From Craspedostauros australis (taxonomy: Eukaryota), in NCBI GenBank assembly GCA_030167865.1, contig JALAGF010001637.1, forward strand, positions 1-64,000: DNA of 64,000 nt, given 5' to 3'. Numbering within the stretch: position 1 is the stretch's first letter; every line of letters starts with the position of its first letter. Of this stretch, positions 1-12,461 are shown piece after piece. The position numbers and the translations under genes were made by a program. The notes below the pieces were generated by a model. The model saw only the letters and a list, made by a program, of their open reading frames with translations. It was not told the DNA's origin and did not search any database.

Positions 1-1495
1 ATGTGTTTTGTGTCATGTGTTTTGTGACGAGCAGAATGCGGAATCAGGTGCCACATGCTAACGTGTAATTAACGCGTACCAAACCACCGGCACCTTCGGA
101 AGCAAGTCCGTGACTGATCACCTCACGATAAATAAATGAGAACATCATCGAACCTTCTGCCAATAACAACGGGTTTTGTGCTGTTGGACCCACGCGACTA
201 GAATGAACATATAGATCGATCCATAAAACTTAAAACAGGATATACATCAAAAATCGATCGGTTAATTATTTGTAANAAGATTATAAGGATTACGAATATG
301 TGCTTGGTTTGGATATCGAAGATGAAAAGTTAGAATGCCCGTTTCAAACGAGTGGTCGACTCACTCGGGGGGCTCGTATGGTATGGTGGTATGGCACCAT
401 CCATGCAAGTACAAGTACAAGTTAGTACATTGATCACATCGCGTGGTCGTCGCGCCAATCACAAGGCCACCAATGGAAGATGCACAGCAACCAGTGTTCC
501 AGCCACTTCATGCACACGGCAGACGGTACAAGGTACTATTCTCCATTCGTGACATTTCTGGCAGGTCTGTCGTTCACCGCGTTTCGGTGATTGACGAACT
601 CCTCGCGATAGAAGGCACGCGCACGCGTACTCTTAGAGCATCGCCAGTTGCCACAACCTTCACGAACACTCAACTCCGCGAATCTTCGCGGCAATTGGCT
701 CGCACCGGTTTCGTGTCGTCAGTGGAACAGAACACGCTTGTGCGTTTCTCCTCGTCGCTTTGCACGTGCCCTCAGACAGACGTGCTACATAAGAAACGGC
801 ACGCCGCACGTGGGTACGATACGAAGCGGACGCACGAACGACACGAATGATATGACTGACGATCAACCTGCTCATATTTTCTTCCGACAAACTGTCGTGA
901 TGGACACTGCAACTACGCCGGACGGGGAACCCAAACAAGACCGCAACAGCTCGTCAGCACGGGTTTGGTCCGATTGAAGCTGCACACACCCAGGATTGCC
1001 ATGGGCGGATTGTGTCACCGGTGTTCCACGCTCACATGATCCCGAAGCCAACCGCCATCTGTTGTTTGCAAAGGGCCCCTTTGTGCAGCAGGGTTGTTGC
1101 GATGCTGTCTTCATCACCCCACCCCTTGCGATAGAACGACGTCTTCGCTAACACGACCACCTGCACCAACAACATCAACGGCGCCAACAACAACGCTGGT
1201 GCCTCCATCCGCAACAGCAAACACATCACGCAACAACACAGGAACCCAACCCACTGGAACATCACCACAAGCACATTCAACGACATTGAGAGCATTTGCG
1301 CAAACTGGTGCATACTGGTATTGGTGTTGGAACCGAGTCTTCTTGTGCACACTTTGCGGGGAGGGCGGCATCCATTACATCAACATAGACAACAGCATCA
1401 ACAACAGAATCAACAACAGAATCAACAACAGCGTCAGCCAGAGATCACACTCACAAGCAGAAACGAAAACAAAAACAAGACCACAATCGAACACA

Positions 1496-2785
1496 ATGAG
1501 AGCCACCATGAGATTGTCCTTCACCGTCGCCGCTCACTGTGTGGTGGGTAAAGGATTCGTGAATCTGGGTTTCGCTTCTGCCACTGCGCATGAGAATCCC
1601 ACCCATCATCAACTGCCCGACGAATTCGCATCAAACCATGCAGTGGGTGCGTCTCCATTCAGGTTTTCAAGAAATCTCGCTTCTCAGACCAGCATCATGC
1701 CCGACACCTCCTCGTCGGACGACACAGAACCAAACCTGGAACTGCACTTCTCCATTTGGCACGATTCTTTCCGATCGCACGATGTGGACATGAGCGCACC
1801 GTCGGAGGTGCAGGTGGCGGTCGTGCAGGCCATGGAAGAATTCCTGTGCGCCGATGCTCACGTGGACGTCGTGTCGCGGGAATACCCACAGAGCAGCGTG
1901 TGCTCTTCCGCCGCTGTCGACGATGGCAGCAACGACAACACGGCATACCGATCCGTTGTCGTCCGAACCAACCAAATCAGTGTTGACGACCACAACGCAA
2001 CGCTCCCTGACGAGTACGTCCTGCATTGGACGAGCTGGATCCTGCAGTTCCCGTGGACAGACTCCATGGATGGCGTCGCTGGCACAAATTCGCGGAGATT
2101 AATCGACGGCGACAGCAACGCCACCAGCAGCGCCACCGGCAGCATGTCCACCAACCTCACGGCGTTGCAGGAGGAAGTCCAGTCTCTGTTGGAGACACTT
2201 ATTGCTGATAGCACGATGGACGACCGACTGCAGCAGGGTAAATCCGTCGAGGTGTATCTGAGCGTACCCGGAGCGGAGATTGCAACGTTTGGGGATGACG
2301 AAGAGCCACCGGAAGGCAATCTGCATGAGGTCCTCATCAGCGGATTGGCGCTGCGGCTATTCGGGGCGGCGATCTTCTTTTTGACCTTTGGCTGCACGTT
2401 GCTCTTCGTGGTTGCCGCACGCAGACGCAGAGCGGAAGTCGACGAGTGGGAGAAGGAGCAGGAGGAGAAGAGCGGTGGCCTCATCACCGGCCAAGGCGTG
2501 GATCTCATGCTGGACATCGGCAGGCGGCATTCATTGCGCCTGTGCGAGGGCGGCGCCGGCATGGAGCTTGCAGAACGAGACATCGAGCGCAACATCGATG
2601 ACAACCAAAACCAAACCCGCGAGAGGCATAGCGCCACTTCGTCGTCGTCATCCGCCTCGTCGTCTTCATCTTCCATCACGATGTCGGACGTCACGTCCCG
2701 TGCAAGCCCCATGCGGGTTCGTACTCTCGTGGTGGCATCCATCCCCGAAACACCCGGAATGCCTTGCTTGGATGGCCACCAATAG
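1496..2785 (+). CDS. Hypothetical single-pass membrane protein
   Basis: Long ORF; first plausible ATG at 1496 follows a CAA-rich UTR-like tract. Hydrophobic helix ALRLFGAAIFFLTFGCTLLFVVAA is followed by RRRR (positive-inside). Ser-rich tail. Start and possible 5' introns are uncertain. Confidence 0.6.
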   Translation: MRATMRLSFTVAAHCVVGKGFVNLGFASATAHENPTHHQLPDEFASNHAVGASPFRFSRNLASQTSIMPDTSSSDDTEPNLELHFSIWHDSFRSHDVDMSAPSEVQVAVVQAMEEFLCADAHVDVVSREYPQSSVCSSAAVDDGSNDNTAYRSVVVRTNQISVDDHNATLPDEYVLHWTSWILQFPWTDSMDGVAGTNSRRLIDGDSNATSSATGSMSTNLTALQEEVQSLLETLIADSTMDDRLQQGKSVEVYLSVPGAEIATFGDDEEPPEGNLHEVLISGLALRLFGAAIFFLTFGCTLLFVVAARRRRAEVDEWEKEQEEKSGGLITGQGVDLMLDIGRRHSLRLCEGGAGMELAERDIERNIDDNQNQTRERHSATSSSSSASSSSSSITMSDVTSRASPMRVRTLVVASIPETPGMPCLDGHQ

Positions 2786-3436
2786 AGAGAACGCAGACAG
2801 ACGTGGGTGCTCGATGCGTTCACATGCACGTATCACTATGGTACTGGAAGCTAGAGAGATCCCCAAGCGTCGTCAGATCCTCGCACCACCCAACACCCAA
2901 TCCAAACGATGTAAAGATATCAGCGTTAACTGCAAAGCGTTCTCATGCTGTGCGCATTGCTGGTTCGTATACCTGCGTGGCAGACCACAACTTCTACCGT
3001 GTATTTCACAGCAAATTGTAGTGGCATCCAATCCACCAGTACCTTCGATCTGTCACACGCGCACTAATCCGAGTTGCACACGTGGAGGGGAAGAAACAGC
3101 ACACACTGTTCGCTTCACAAGATCCGCATGCCAAGATTCTGACAAAAAAAAATGAGAAAGGCCAAGGGTGTGCGTGGCGGCACAACATCAATCGTGGAAT
3201 CCGTGCATTGTATCGCTTGGTGTTGCACCACACCAAGGGGAGTGTGGACATGTGGGCATGGTAATGCGTTTTATATTGTTCATGGGGAAAGGTGATCCCA
3301 GAGTTTCATGCACTGGGTTGCGGAAGAATACGTGAACGGACCACGTGCAAACCAACATTCAAACCATCGTGAGACGCTCTCTCATCTCTCACGGTCCGTG
3401 ACGCCTTCCGTCTCCTTTGAATTGCTGGGTGTCGCT

Positions 3437-4218
3437 TTAGTTCTTGCTCTCTTCGGCGCCCTTCATCATGTGCTCGGTGATGACACCGTAGACGCTTTCC
3501 CAAGCTTCCTTCGTCTCCGGCGTGAAGCCATCGCCAACAACGTGCGCGACCGTCTGCACCAACCCCGCGCCGATAAGGTCGTAGTGCGCCTTCTCCAGGT
3601 TGAGGTCGGAGTGCGCAGCACCGACACTCTTCAGCACCTTGATGAGCCTGTTCATGTTGTTCTTTTCCAGCAGCGAAACCACCTTCGTCACCGCTCGGAT
3701 CACGCCCGTCGCGTGCTTGTTGAAGGCCTTCGTCTTGTACAGCTCCTCGTCGGTCGTTTTGAAACCCTCGGTGAACTTGAAGAATGCCGTGGCATCTGGA
3801 TTGATCTCGAAGACCCTGGTATTGACAATGAAATGGGTGAATTGTGGGCGATGGAACGCCACAATAATGAGGACGATGGGAACACGAACGCAGTGGGTGA
3901 GACAAAAGAGAGTTGGAGAGGACTGGCGACACGGCAAAGAAGAACAGGAATCTGGTGGTTGCCAACGAAGGAACATGGTCGGCACCAGCTCGTACATGAC
4001 GGTCATCGCTGTTGCCATTGTCATGACCGGTGTGTCATTGCCATTGTCGCTGGCGCCGTCGTCATTCAACGACAACCCCGTCTCCATGGATACACGCAGC
4101 ACATGCACGCGACACGGCACACGAGGACTTACTTCTTGAAGAGGAGTTGTCCTGCAACTTCATCGTAATTGCTACCAATGGCCTTGACCTGAGCCCAGCT
4201 TTCGACAACGAGCGCCAT
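3437..4218 (-). CDS. Single-domain 3/3 globin (neuroglobin-like), 2 exons: 4218-4133 and 3815-3437, 154 aa
   Basis: Exon 1 MALVVESWAQVKAIGSNYDEVAGQLLFK-AA|GTAAGT; acceptor CCAG|G restores K-VFEINPDATAFF. Globin landmarks: Trp in helix A, Pro C2, Phe CD1, His E7 (KHATGV), His F8 (GAAH), H-helix FTPETKEAWESVY. Confidence 0.93.
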
Positions 4219-5517
4219 GTTTGCTACTTGAGATTTGAGGTGGGATTGTTGTGGTGGTGTTTGTGTTGGATGTGTGCTTCTTTTCAACTCGAGGAAAAGA
4301 ATGCTGCGATCTTCGATTTTATGAGAGGAGTGAGATTGTGATGCACCCCAACGAGAGGAGCACACGCGTGCATGCGTGTTATACCGTGGTGTCTTGTGGC
4401 TACATCGCGTTTGAGTTCCTCTTTGGTTGTTGTCGGGGGAGGCTCGATGTGCTGCCTTTCCTTTACCTCAGACCTGCCGAGTTCCGTGCGTCCGATGTGA
4501 AGTTCCCGAAGCGGAACCGACAAAGATGCCGAGTGGAAGTTTGCGTCATCCTGGACCGACCCTCACCTTTGTGATGTGTTGTGCCCTGACATATTTGCCT
4601 TCACATGACATCGTTGTTGCATCTCGGTTGCGCGCGCGAATTCGAACGAAACACATCTGTCTGCCTCGAACATGGATGAACACTGCCGTGGACGAAAACC
4701 GATTTCCCATCGCCTGGGTTTGGAGCTGAAACGTTGTCCATCGCGCACGAAGCGGTTGATACAAAATCGAGAATCGCGTCGCCCTGAATTGGCACGGAGT
4801 ATCAGTTGTCTGCCTGGTACACCCGTGGGCTGCGCTATTCGTGCGATTGATACAACCGAATTGTCTTGCTGTCTTCTGCCAAACCGTACCAACAAGTCAT
4901 ATCTCAGTCACTATTGTGTCAGAAGCGTATCAATCGCCGCTTGAAATGCCACCACTCACATAAGGAACCGCGAAAAGAACTTGCTGTTCCGTCATGTTGA
5001 TCCAAGAGCACAGCAAGGAGTATTTCAGACAACTTCAAGAAATCTTGGGAAAACAGCGGGCAGAGTGATGCGCTCCTTTGATCAGCGTCCATACCTGACT
5101 GACGTCACAGCGCTGTGTTGAAATGCCGGCAGTTTGGTTTTGAAAGGTCGGAATGATCCAACAGCGGTCCATTCGTGTCATCCAGTCACGATACAAATTG
5201 TCGTGAATGAATATTCGTGATTCGACAGAAACGACTACAACAACAGAGAGAAATCCAAACAATCTGCCAACAGCTCCAAAACGAGAGGCAACAACGATTC
5301 GAAACGTTTCGCTGCTGACTCCGCGATCGCGTTCTGTGCGTCCTGACCATCCACACGGACGAGAGGATCCTCATGGCGCGAGCCGTGGACCGCTTGACTG
5401 AGGGACTCAAATGACAGCGCAGCAGCAAAAGAGGAATGCACGCACTACTATAATACTCTGCTGCGACTACTTCCACACTCTCTATCTCACGCAGAGAACC
5501 ATTACATCATCGACATC

Positions 5518-7486
5518 ATGGCATCCAACAACAATAACAACGACGACAACAACGAGAAAGGATCGAAAGATGGCAGCGATGGCAAACCTCAGCGCGAGCT
5601 GACAGCCATGGAAGCAGCCATCATCGAAATGATGAAGAGACCTGCTGCTGCCGCTGCGGCATCGGGTTCAGGGACGTCGTCGGATCTGGCCAAGCATGCC
5701 TTCTGGGATACACAGGTGAGCTTCGACTTTATCACATTCTGCTCAATTTTACTCAATTCTCCTCTATTCTTCCCGTTTTGCTCTTAATCGCAGTCTTGCG
5801 TTGGGTTGGCATGTTCCTGCAAGTGTACAAACGATGTCTAGAAGAAAGGCGGCCGGTTGCAGGACGTGTCGGAACAAGTCCATGCACGGGAACTCCATGC
5901 AATACATTGGAGTAGTAGTATTCGGTCGCATTCCACGCCAATCATACCTCACAACTTCTCGAACTGATCCGTGCTGCTTCATTCTATCCATCCTCTCATC
6001 GGACATCATTCAAAATTGCAAAATTGTGGCTCTGCCCACCAATGACGATGGTGGTGATGCTTTCCGTAATACACATACTCTACAATACTTCCCACTCGTC
6101 CTATTCCATGCAATCATCTGAACCGTGACGACATCATTGGGGGGATTGGATGGGATACCGACATGGCTCACATGCACGCAAATGAAACACAAACGAAATC
6201 TATTGGAATGCAATGCAACGCAATGAAAACCAACGGAATGGAATGAAATGAAATCATTTTGGCAATGGATCCAATCCACAATCACTCTCCATACTCGTGT
6301 GATATCATTATCATCCCACTGTGGCTGTACTGTACTGTGCTGTACTATACTGCTCGCTCCAAAGCCAATGCCACATGGAGATCGGACCGAGCACACAGAG
6401 GGACCGATTGAGCCGGAACGCAAGCTGGAGGATATCCGGGCCCAGCCTTACAACATGCCGACGGGATTCGAGTGGAGCGACGTGGACGTCACAAAGGAGG
6501 AAGAACGCATGGAGCTCTACACGCTGTTGGCCAACAACTACGTGGAGGATGACGACTGCCTGTTCCGCTTTGATTACTCGCAGGACTTTCTGGAATGGGC
6601 GCTCACGCCTCCCGGCTGGACGAAGGATCTGCTGCTCGGCGTGCGTGCCACCAAGACGAAGAAGCTGGTTGCATTCATCTCGGCCGTTCCAGCGCAGGTG
6701 CATGTGTACAAGAAGGTGCTCGAGCGCACCGTCGAAATCAACTTCCTCTGCGTCCACAAGAAGCTCAGGAGCAAACGCCTCGCACCGGTCCTCATCAAGG
6801 AGATAACGAGACGCGTCAACCTCACTGGCATCTTCCAGGCCGTCTACACCGCGGGCGTCGTCCTGCCCGTCCCCGTCGCATCCGCCCGCTACTACCATCG
6901 CTCCCTCAACCCGAAAAAGCTTGTCAAGGTGGGATTCTCCAGGATGAGCCCGCGGATGACGATGGCGCGAATGATCAAGCTCTACAAGGTGGCCGAGAAG
7001 CCGGCCAGCAACCTGCAGGAGATGAAATCGGAGCATGTCGATGGCGTCACCAAGCTGCTCGGCACCTACCTGGAAAAGTACGCGCTGCGGGTCAAATTCA
7101 CCCCGGAGGAGATCGCCCACTGGTTGCTGCCGCGAAAGGGCGTCATCAATTCCTACGTCGTCGTCAACGGAGACAACGAGGTCACCGACTTTTGCAGCTT
7201 CTACCACCTGCCAAGCACCATCCTCGGCGAGGATGACACGCTGTACGCGGCATACAGCTACTACAACGTCGCGACGTCGATGCCCCTGCTCGATCTCATG
7301 CGCGACGCCCTCGTCATGGCCAACAAGAACGGCTCGGATGTCTTCAACGCCCTCAACCTCATGGAGAACTCCGTCTTCCTGGACGAGCTCAAATTCGGCA
7401 AGGGAGATGGAAACCTGCAGTACTACATCTACAACTGGTCCTGCGCGACGATGGAACCGACCGATGTTGGCATCGTGCTGCTGTGA
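5518..7486 (+). CDS. NMT: Glycylpeptide N-myristoyltransferase; exons 5518-5715 and 6365-7486 (about 439 aa)
   Basis: Splicing CAG|GTGAG ... AAAG|CCA gives HAFWDTQ-PMP. Signatures NYVEDDD, FRFDYS, EINFLCVHKKLRSKRLAPVLIKEITRRVN, YYHRSLNPKKL, DVFNAL, KFGKGDGNLQYY, and C-terminal VGIVLL. Confidence 0.96.
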
Positions 7487-8624
7487 GCGGATGAGCGAGG
7501 CTGTCCAGTCTTGCGTCCTGTGATGACGAATGTGGAGCGGGGTGTGCAGGTTTTGCGCAAATTCCTGCCAACTTAGCATGATTGATGGCGTACGTGCGAA
7601 TCTGGTGGACGATTCACATTGCACATTCCGCCCTCTGCACCAAGCTACGAGGCCGAGTAGTGCATGCCTGTACACCAGAACGAATAATGTACCAGCATAC
7701 TATAGGCCCAGCATGATGTGGAAACCAAACAAAATAGAGTGCCCTGCTGCAATTTAGTCTCAATGAGTAAGCAGAGAAGAGACAAAGAGAGAGATCGCTG
7801 TGAAGTAGTTCCGCATTGGATGTGAAGAGCTGCTGTTTGAGCAGCGAGAGGTTCGGGCTCAGTCGCCTGATTGGTGTTGGAAGTGGAACTCGCTGGTTGG
7901 GAGAGCTGTGGATGAGCACGAGCATGCAGGCACGAGCATGCAGGCACGAGGATCGTAGTTTCAGCAGAGGTGTATGTATGGAAACATCTATTCTGTCTTA
8001 AGCGACACTTGTGCACTCCACATCCATGGTATGAGGACGCCTCATGGCGTGCCACACTCCTGCATGCTGTGTGCGCAACTGCCAGTATGTACGTATGGTA
8101 CGGTACGAGAGACTCCACAGATTTTCTCGCTGTGTTCAGTTTGTTCAATTGGCATGTCTAAATGCGTATGTGCTTGGACATGGATACGCAGGCATGGCAA
8201 GGAGGCAGCGTCGCCATAGCGCCGAGCTCATTTATTGAAGTGCTGCAATGCAGGGGCGACGCCGGCCTACGACTGTTGCCATGTTCTCTTTCTAGCAGGC
8301 CGATACCTGCGCATCAATGTCCTCCGTCTTCCTCCACCACTGACGCGCGGGTGCTCGTATGGAGAGTGCGCAGAGAAAGAAGATTAGCTTTCGCCCCGCT
8401 TGTGGTGATTGTCGTCTTGGGGAGGTGTCCCTGCAGATGACGTGCAGTAGGAAAATTGGATCACTCACTGAAATGTGAAGCAGAGAGATGGCGCAATGCG
8501 CGCCAAAACCAGCGATCTGCGTATTGAATGAGAGGATGCACAATGCATGAAGATGGCGGCGGCGACGACAGCAGGTGTACCCCCAGACTGCCAACGAGTC
8601 GCTTGCGACGCACTGCACTCCGCT

Positions 8625-10512
8625 TTACCCGGCTCGAGTGTTGTGATCGACGCTTCTCGTGAGCATCGCGGCTTCCTTCTTGTTATTTTCATCGCTGGAC
8701 GTGTCGCTCGTGTCCAACGGCGATGACGACGAAAAGTCGCTGCTCTCTATCAGGGTGGTGACCTCCTGCAGGGGCTTCTTGACGTTGCTGATGGCCATGA
8801 CCTGCATGAGCCACGCGGACATGCCGTCGCCGTCCTGCATCCTGGGTCGCTTATCCAGCAACGCCGCCCACAGCTCCCTGCGTTCGTCATCCGTGCCGGA
8901 TTCTCGCTGAGAATCTTGGACCCTTGCCCTGGCCGGGCGTTTCTGCGATTCGTCGGAGGACTTGGAGCTGACGCCGGAGGAGCTTGTGCCGACGGAGATG
9001 GAGTAGGCGGTGGTGAACGCCTCGGGTCGCTTGCGCTTGTTGGTGGTTGCGGGTTCCTGCTGTTCCGAGGCGCTGACCTGCGGTGTCTCCGCCGGGTAGT
9101 GCAGGCTTTGTCGTTCGTGTGTTGCCGCGGTTTCAGTGTCGTCGCTGTCGTCAATGTGGCTGTGCTTGTTGCGGAAGTTACGTTTGGCTACGGCATCTTT
9201 GCAGTAAGCACTGTTGTTGTTGAAGATTAATGACGTTGGAACATGTGTGGAGGAGAGTATACGGATGGGAGAGAAGTGTGAGTGTTGAGAATTGCTGATG
9301 CTGGTGATGGTGAAGGCAAAAGCTGCGACGGTGTAGAACGGGAGATGGCCAGGTGGTATGATACTACTACTTACCAATACAGGAATCGAATGCCTCTCCG
9401 CTGACAGGCAGGGAAGCTGCAGATGAGGCCTTCGCCGTGCTTGACGTTTTCTGGGATGACGAAGGACGCGGTCTGATGTCGAATTGGTGATGATGGTTGG
9501 AATGCATGGCGTTGCATAGATAGGCAATGGAAGAGCAAAGCGGAACGAGGCAGATGCATGGGCGTGTGAGTTCGAGGTTCATTGTGGTGATGTGGTGGAT
9601 GCAATGCTACGAAAATGCAGGTGGCGATCGCGAAGCACCACGCCAAACGAAGTTCCAGCCAAAGTTTTGGGAACATGGTTGAGCCCGTAGGAAAGCTTGT
9701 TGCGGGGGTACAATGTCCACACGACAAACAGGCACATACAGAGACACAGAGAGCACGATACATACCTGAAAGTTGTGCTCCATCGAAAGCCCACGAGCCC
9801 GACACGGTACGACCACGGACGTGGACGAGATGGACCGGGGACTGGGCGGCTTGGTGACGACATCGTCGGACGAAGACTTCACTTTTGGTTCTGTTTGGGG
9901 TTGTGCAGGAGTATCCTGCTGCGTCGTGCCGAGGGTCGCAGTCGGTGTCTCGTCGATCGCGGGTCCTGGGACGTCCGCTTGCTGTGGTGCTTGCTGCGGC
10001 GCTTGCTGCGCCTGCCGCATCGTCGCGAGCTGCTGCAGGAGGAACGTTTGCAGATGCTGGTTGATCCCCTGGTTCGATGTGGCGGCTGCGTTGTTCTGGT
10101 TCGCCAAGTTGCCCAGCAACCCGCTGGACAGCGCCATGGACAGCAGCTGGTTCTGGGCATTCTCATCGATGCTCGAGTTGGCGTTGGACGCCGCACTCGC
10201 GGCATTGTTGTTGCTGGTGTTGAAGGTCGCATTGCTCATCTGCAATGTCCCGTTGGCGTTCTGACGATCTTGGGACATCTGCTGCTGGACTGCCGCTGAG
10301 TTTCCGAGAGAGCTTGAGCTTCCCATTGAGGCACCGTTGGAGAAGGACAGGGCCGCTGCCATGTTGGAAGCACCCGATGCTGAGGCATCGTTCGAAGCGA
10401 TGGACTCCTGAGCATTGGATGCCTGCTGCAGCAGCGACAGAGCGTCGAAGGTGCTTCCCATGCGGTGCCTGTCGCCGTTGCCTCGCGATGCGGAGGAGTT
10501 CTTGTCGTCCAT
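8625..10512 (-). CDS. Low-complexity (S/N/Q-rich) protein with a Cys/His-rich putative zinc-binding domain; exons 10512-9766, 9472-9375, 9210-8625
   Basis: Canonical GT-AG introns 9765-9473 and 9374-9211 join three ORF pieces in frame into PCRARGLSMEHNFQ-TASFVIPENVKHGEGLICSFPACQRRGIRFLYC-AYCKDAVAKRNFRNKHSH. Basic KRKRP motif. The 3' end may be spliced further (GG|GTAAAG at about 8628). Confidence 0.75.
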
Positions 10513-10637
10513 GGTGGTGTCTGCGTTCTCGCTGTGCGCTTGCTATGGGTTTACTCGCAGCGCTGCTCTGCCTCTTTTGTGCCTTTCTGTTTGGGTTTGT
10601 GGGATGCTGCGTCATGCCTTCGCATGGAGACCTTTGC

Positions 10638-10702
10638 GGCAGGTTGTTACGGTAGGTTGTTACGGTAGGTTGTTATGGTAGGTTGTTACGGTAGGTTGCT
10701 GC
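10638..10702. repeat. 13-bp tandem repeat (GGTAGGTTGTTAC) x5
   Basis: Units read directly: ggcaggttgttac, ggtaggttgttac, ggtaggttgttat, ggtaggttgttac, ggtaggttgctgc. Confidence 0.9.
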
Positions 10703-12461
10703 GATGGTCCAGTCCGACAGCAGGCATCAATCTGCACGAGTCCTGGATAACCTTTGTGCTTCTTCGAAATGTGCGTCACTATCTGCCTCGGTGGCCTTCG
10801 GACAGATGGGTCCACGACAGCGAAGGAGGCTATGACAAGGAAAGAGGTGAGAGCGTCGGGTACGGAGAGAGCAGAATGACGACTGTCGTGCCCGGATGGA
10901 CCGTCTTGAATCGAATGCCACGAAACGTCGTCGCCACATGTGCCTTGACGTCAGGCCTGGTGTAGGTGTCTGTAGGGGAGTTTGTTGTTGCCAACAAGGC
11001 CCGATGGACACATTGTTGGTGCGAGCAATCTGTTTGTGCGGCATCTTGCGAGGTCTGATTTTCGAGGCAGCGTGCAGATTCAACGTTTCACGCGTTGCGT
11101 TGAAGTCGTCGCTGCGATACACTGCTTCTTTCGGTGCCGAATCGGATGCACGATTACTTTCGGAACACGTGGACAGCTGGCCGACGAAACCGCACCGACC
11201 AGCGAATTGCCGGTTTTCGCTCCACGTCCTCGAGTTGCTGGCAATTGACACCGCTGTCTCCACGTCATCTGCTGTCGCTGGTGGCCAGCCTTTTCGACCA
11301 ATTGTGGCGGAATCCTGGGTGTTTGTGCAACTGTTTGAAGCTCGCCAGCACGCAGTGCCTGCGTCATCGTCGGCGCTTTCGACAGTTCGTCCGTGTTGTT
11401 CTCGCGATCCAACTTCAAGACGAAGGCTGCCACGAAAAACACTGCCTTATGGGCAGTGATGATGGCGATGCCCTACAAAAACTCTTACTTATGGGATGCC
11501 GTGTCAACTGCAACTTCATACCTTCGTCATCACAACTGGTTGGACCAAGCGTACGCTTGTAGCATCATTGCATTAATTGCCCTTCTTGTCCCAATCCTCC
11601 GTGACGCGTGTCGCGCTCCACCTCAGTACCGCCGAGGAGTCAAAATGGCCCTTGGAAGGTGCAGTGGCTCTGTCTTTGACGGCACTAACACGCACACAAA
11701 CCGTGTTTGCCACGTAACAATGTTAGCGTTTTTGTCTCGCATCCTGGGAAACGACAACGGAGGAAAAACGTGCTCACGAACAGAACAGCAGCATTCAACA
11801 CGGTGCATTGAATCGTGGTGTCCCTTCCAGCGGACGACGTGGCGCCGTCTATGTGAACGAATGAAGAATCCCGAAGGGAGACACTATCTACTCTTGGATA
11901 CAGTAGCATTCTGTTCTGTTCCATTCCGACGAATCGCGGGGAGTTGTTGTTTGTCCAAGATTCTGTTCGAAGGACCCAAGATGGTACCTGCGGAAAGAGA
12001 GCTGGTATCATTGAATGAGGAGGCAGCTGGATAATAGGCAGAGTGCTTCTGGAGAATCAAAGGCGGGCTCTGTGTTTGGGTGACCGTCTGCGAATCCATG
12101 TATGGTGTCATCCCATGCAGTGAGCGCAAGAGGAGATGGCATCATCTCCAGGCGGCAATGTCGTGGGCGAATGATGCGGCGATGAATCCTTCGTCATGGA
12201 AATCCTCCAAGCATCGGCGTCACTTGTGGACAGCCGCATGAACATAAAATACTTGGTCACATGGGGGCCGTCTCACCTGAGCGCGACACGAGAGAATCGC
12301 AAATTGAATGAATTGGATTGGTTGGCTATGTTTATGTTCTGGTTCAGATGGTTGTCGCCCGCATTGTGTGAGATGCGCGCTTTCCCAATAGTGCAATGAG
12401 GAAGAATCGTCCTCTATCACTTGCTCCAAATGGTGGTGCTGCTGACAGTAATGCAGTAAAT

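Noticed and set aside
1-350. AT-richer segment with one N at the window start (telomere, centromere or TE end?)
   Set aside because: No telomeric repeat, terminal repeat or coding similarity is visible, and the segment is too short to assess.
3437-7486. Functional link between the adjacent NMT and globin (myristoylated, globin X-like)
   Set aside because: Both globins begin M-A-L with no Gly2, so they cannot be canonical NMT substrates.
6311-7675. 454-aa antisense ORF over NMT, and similar antisense ORFs over the globins, SDR, fasciclin and Sec7 genes
   Set aside because: Shadow ORFs expected from GC3-rich codon bias on the opposite strand; no recognisable motifs.
10638-10702. Short repeat arrays here and at 27910 and 18160 as CRISPR-like arrays
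   Set aside because: Units are directly abutting with no unique spacers, no cas genes are present, and the context is eukaryotic.
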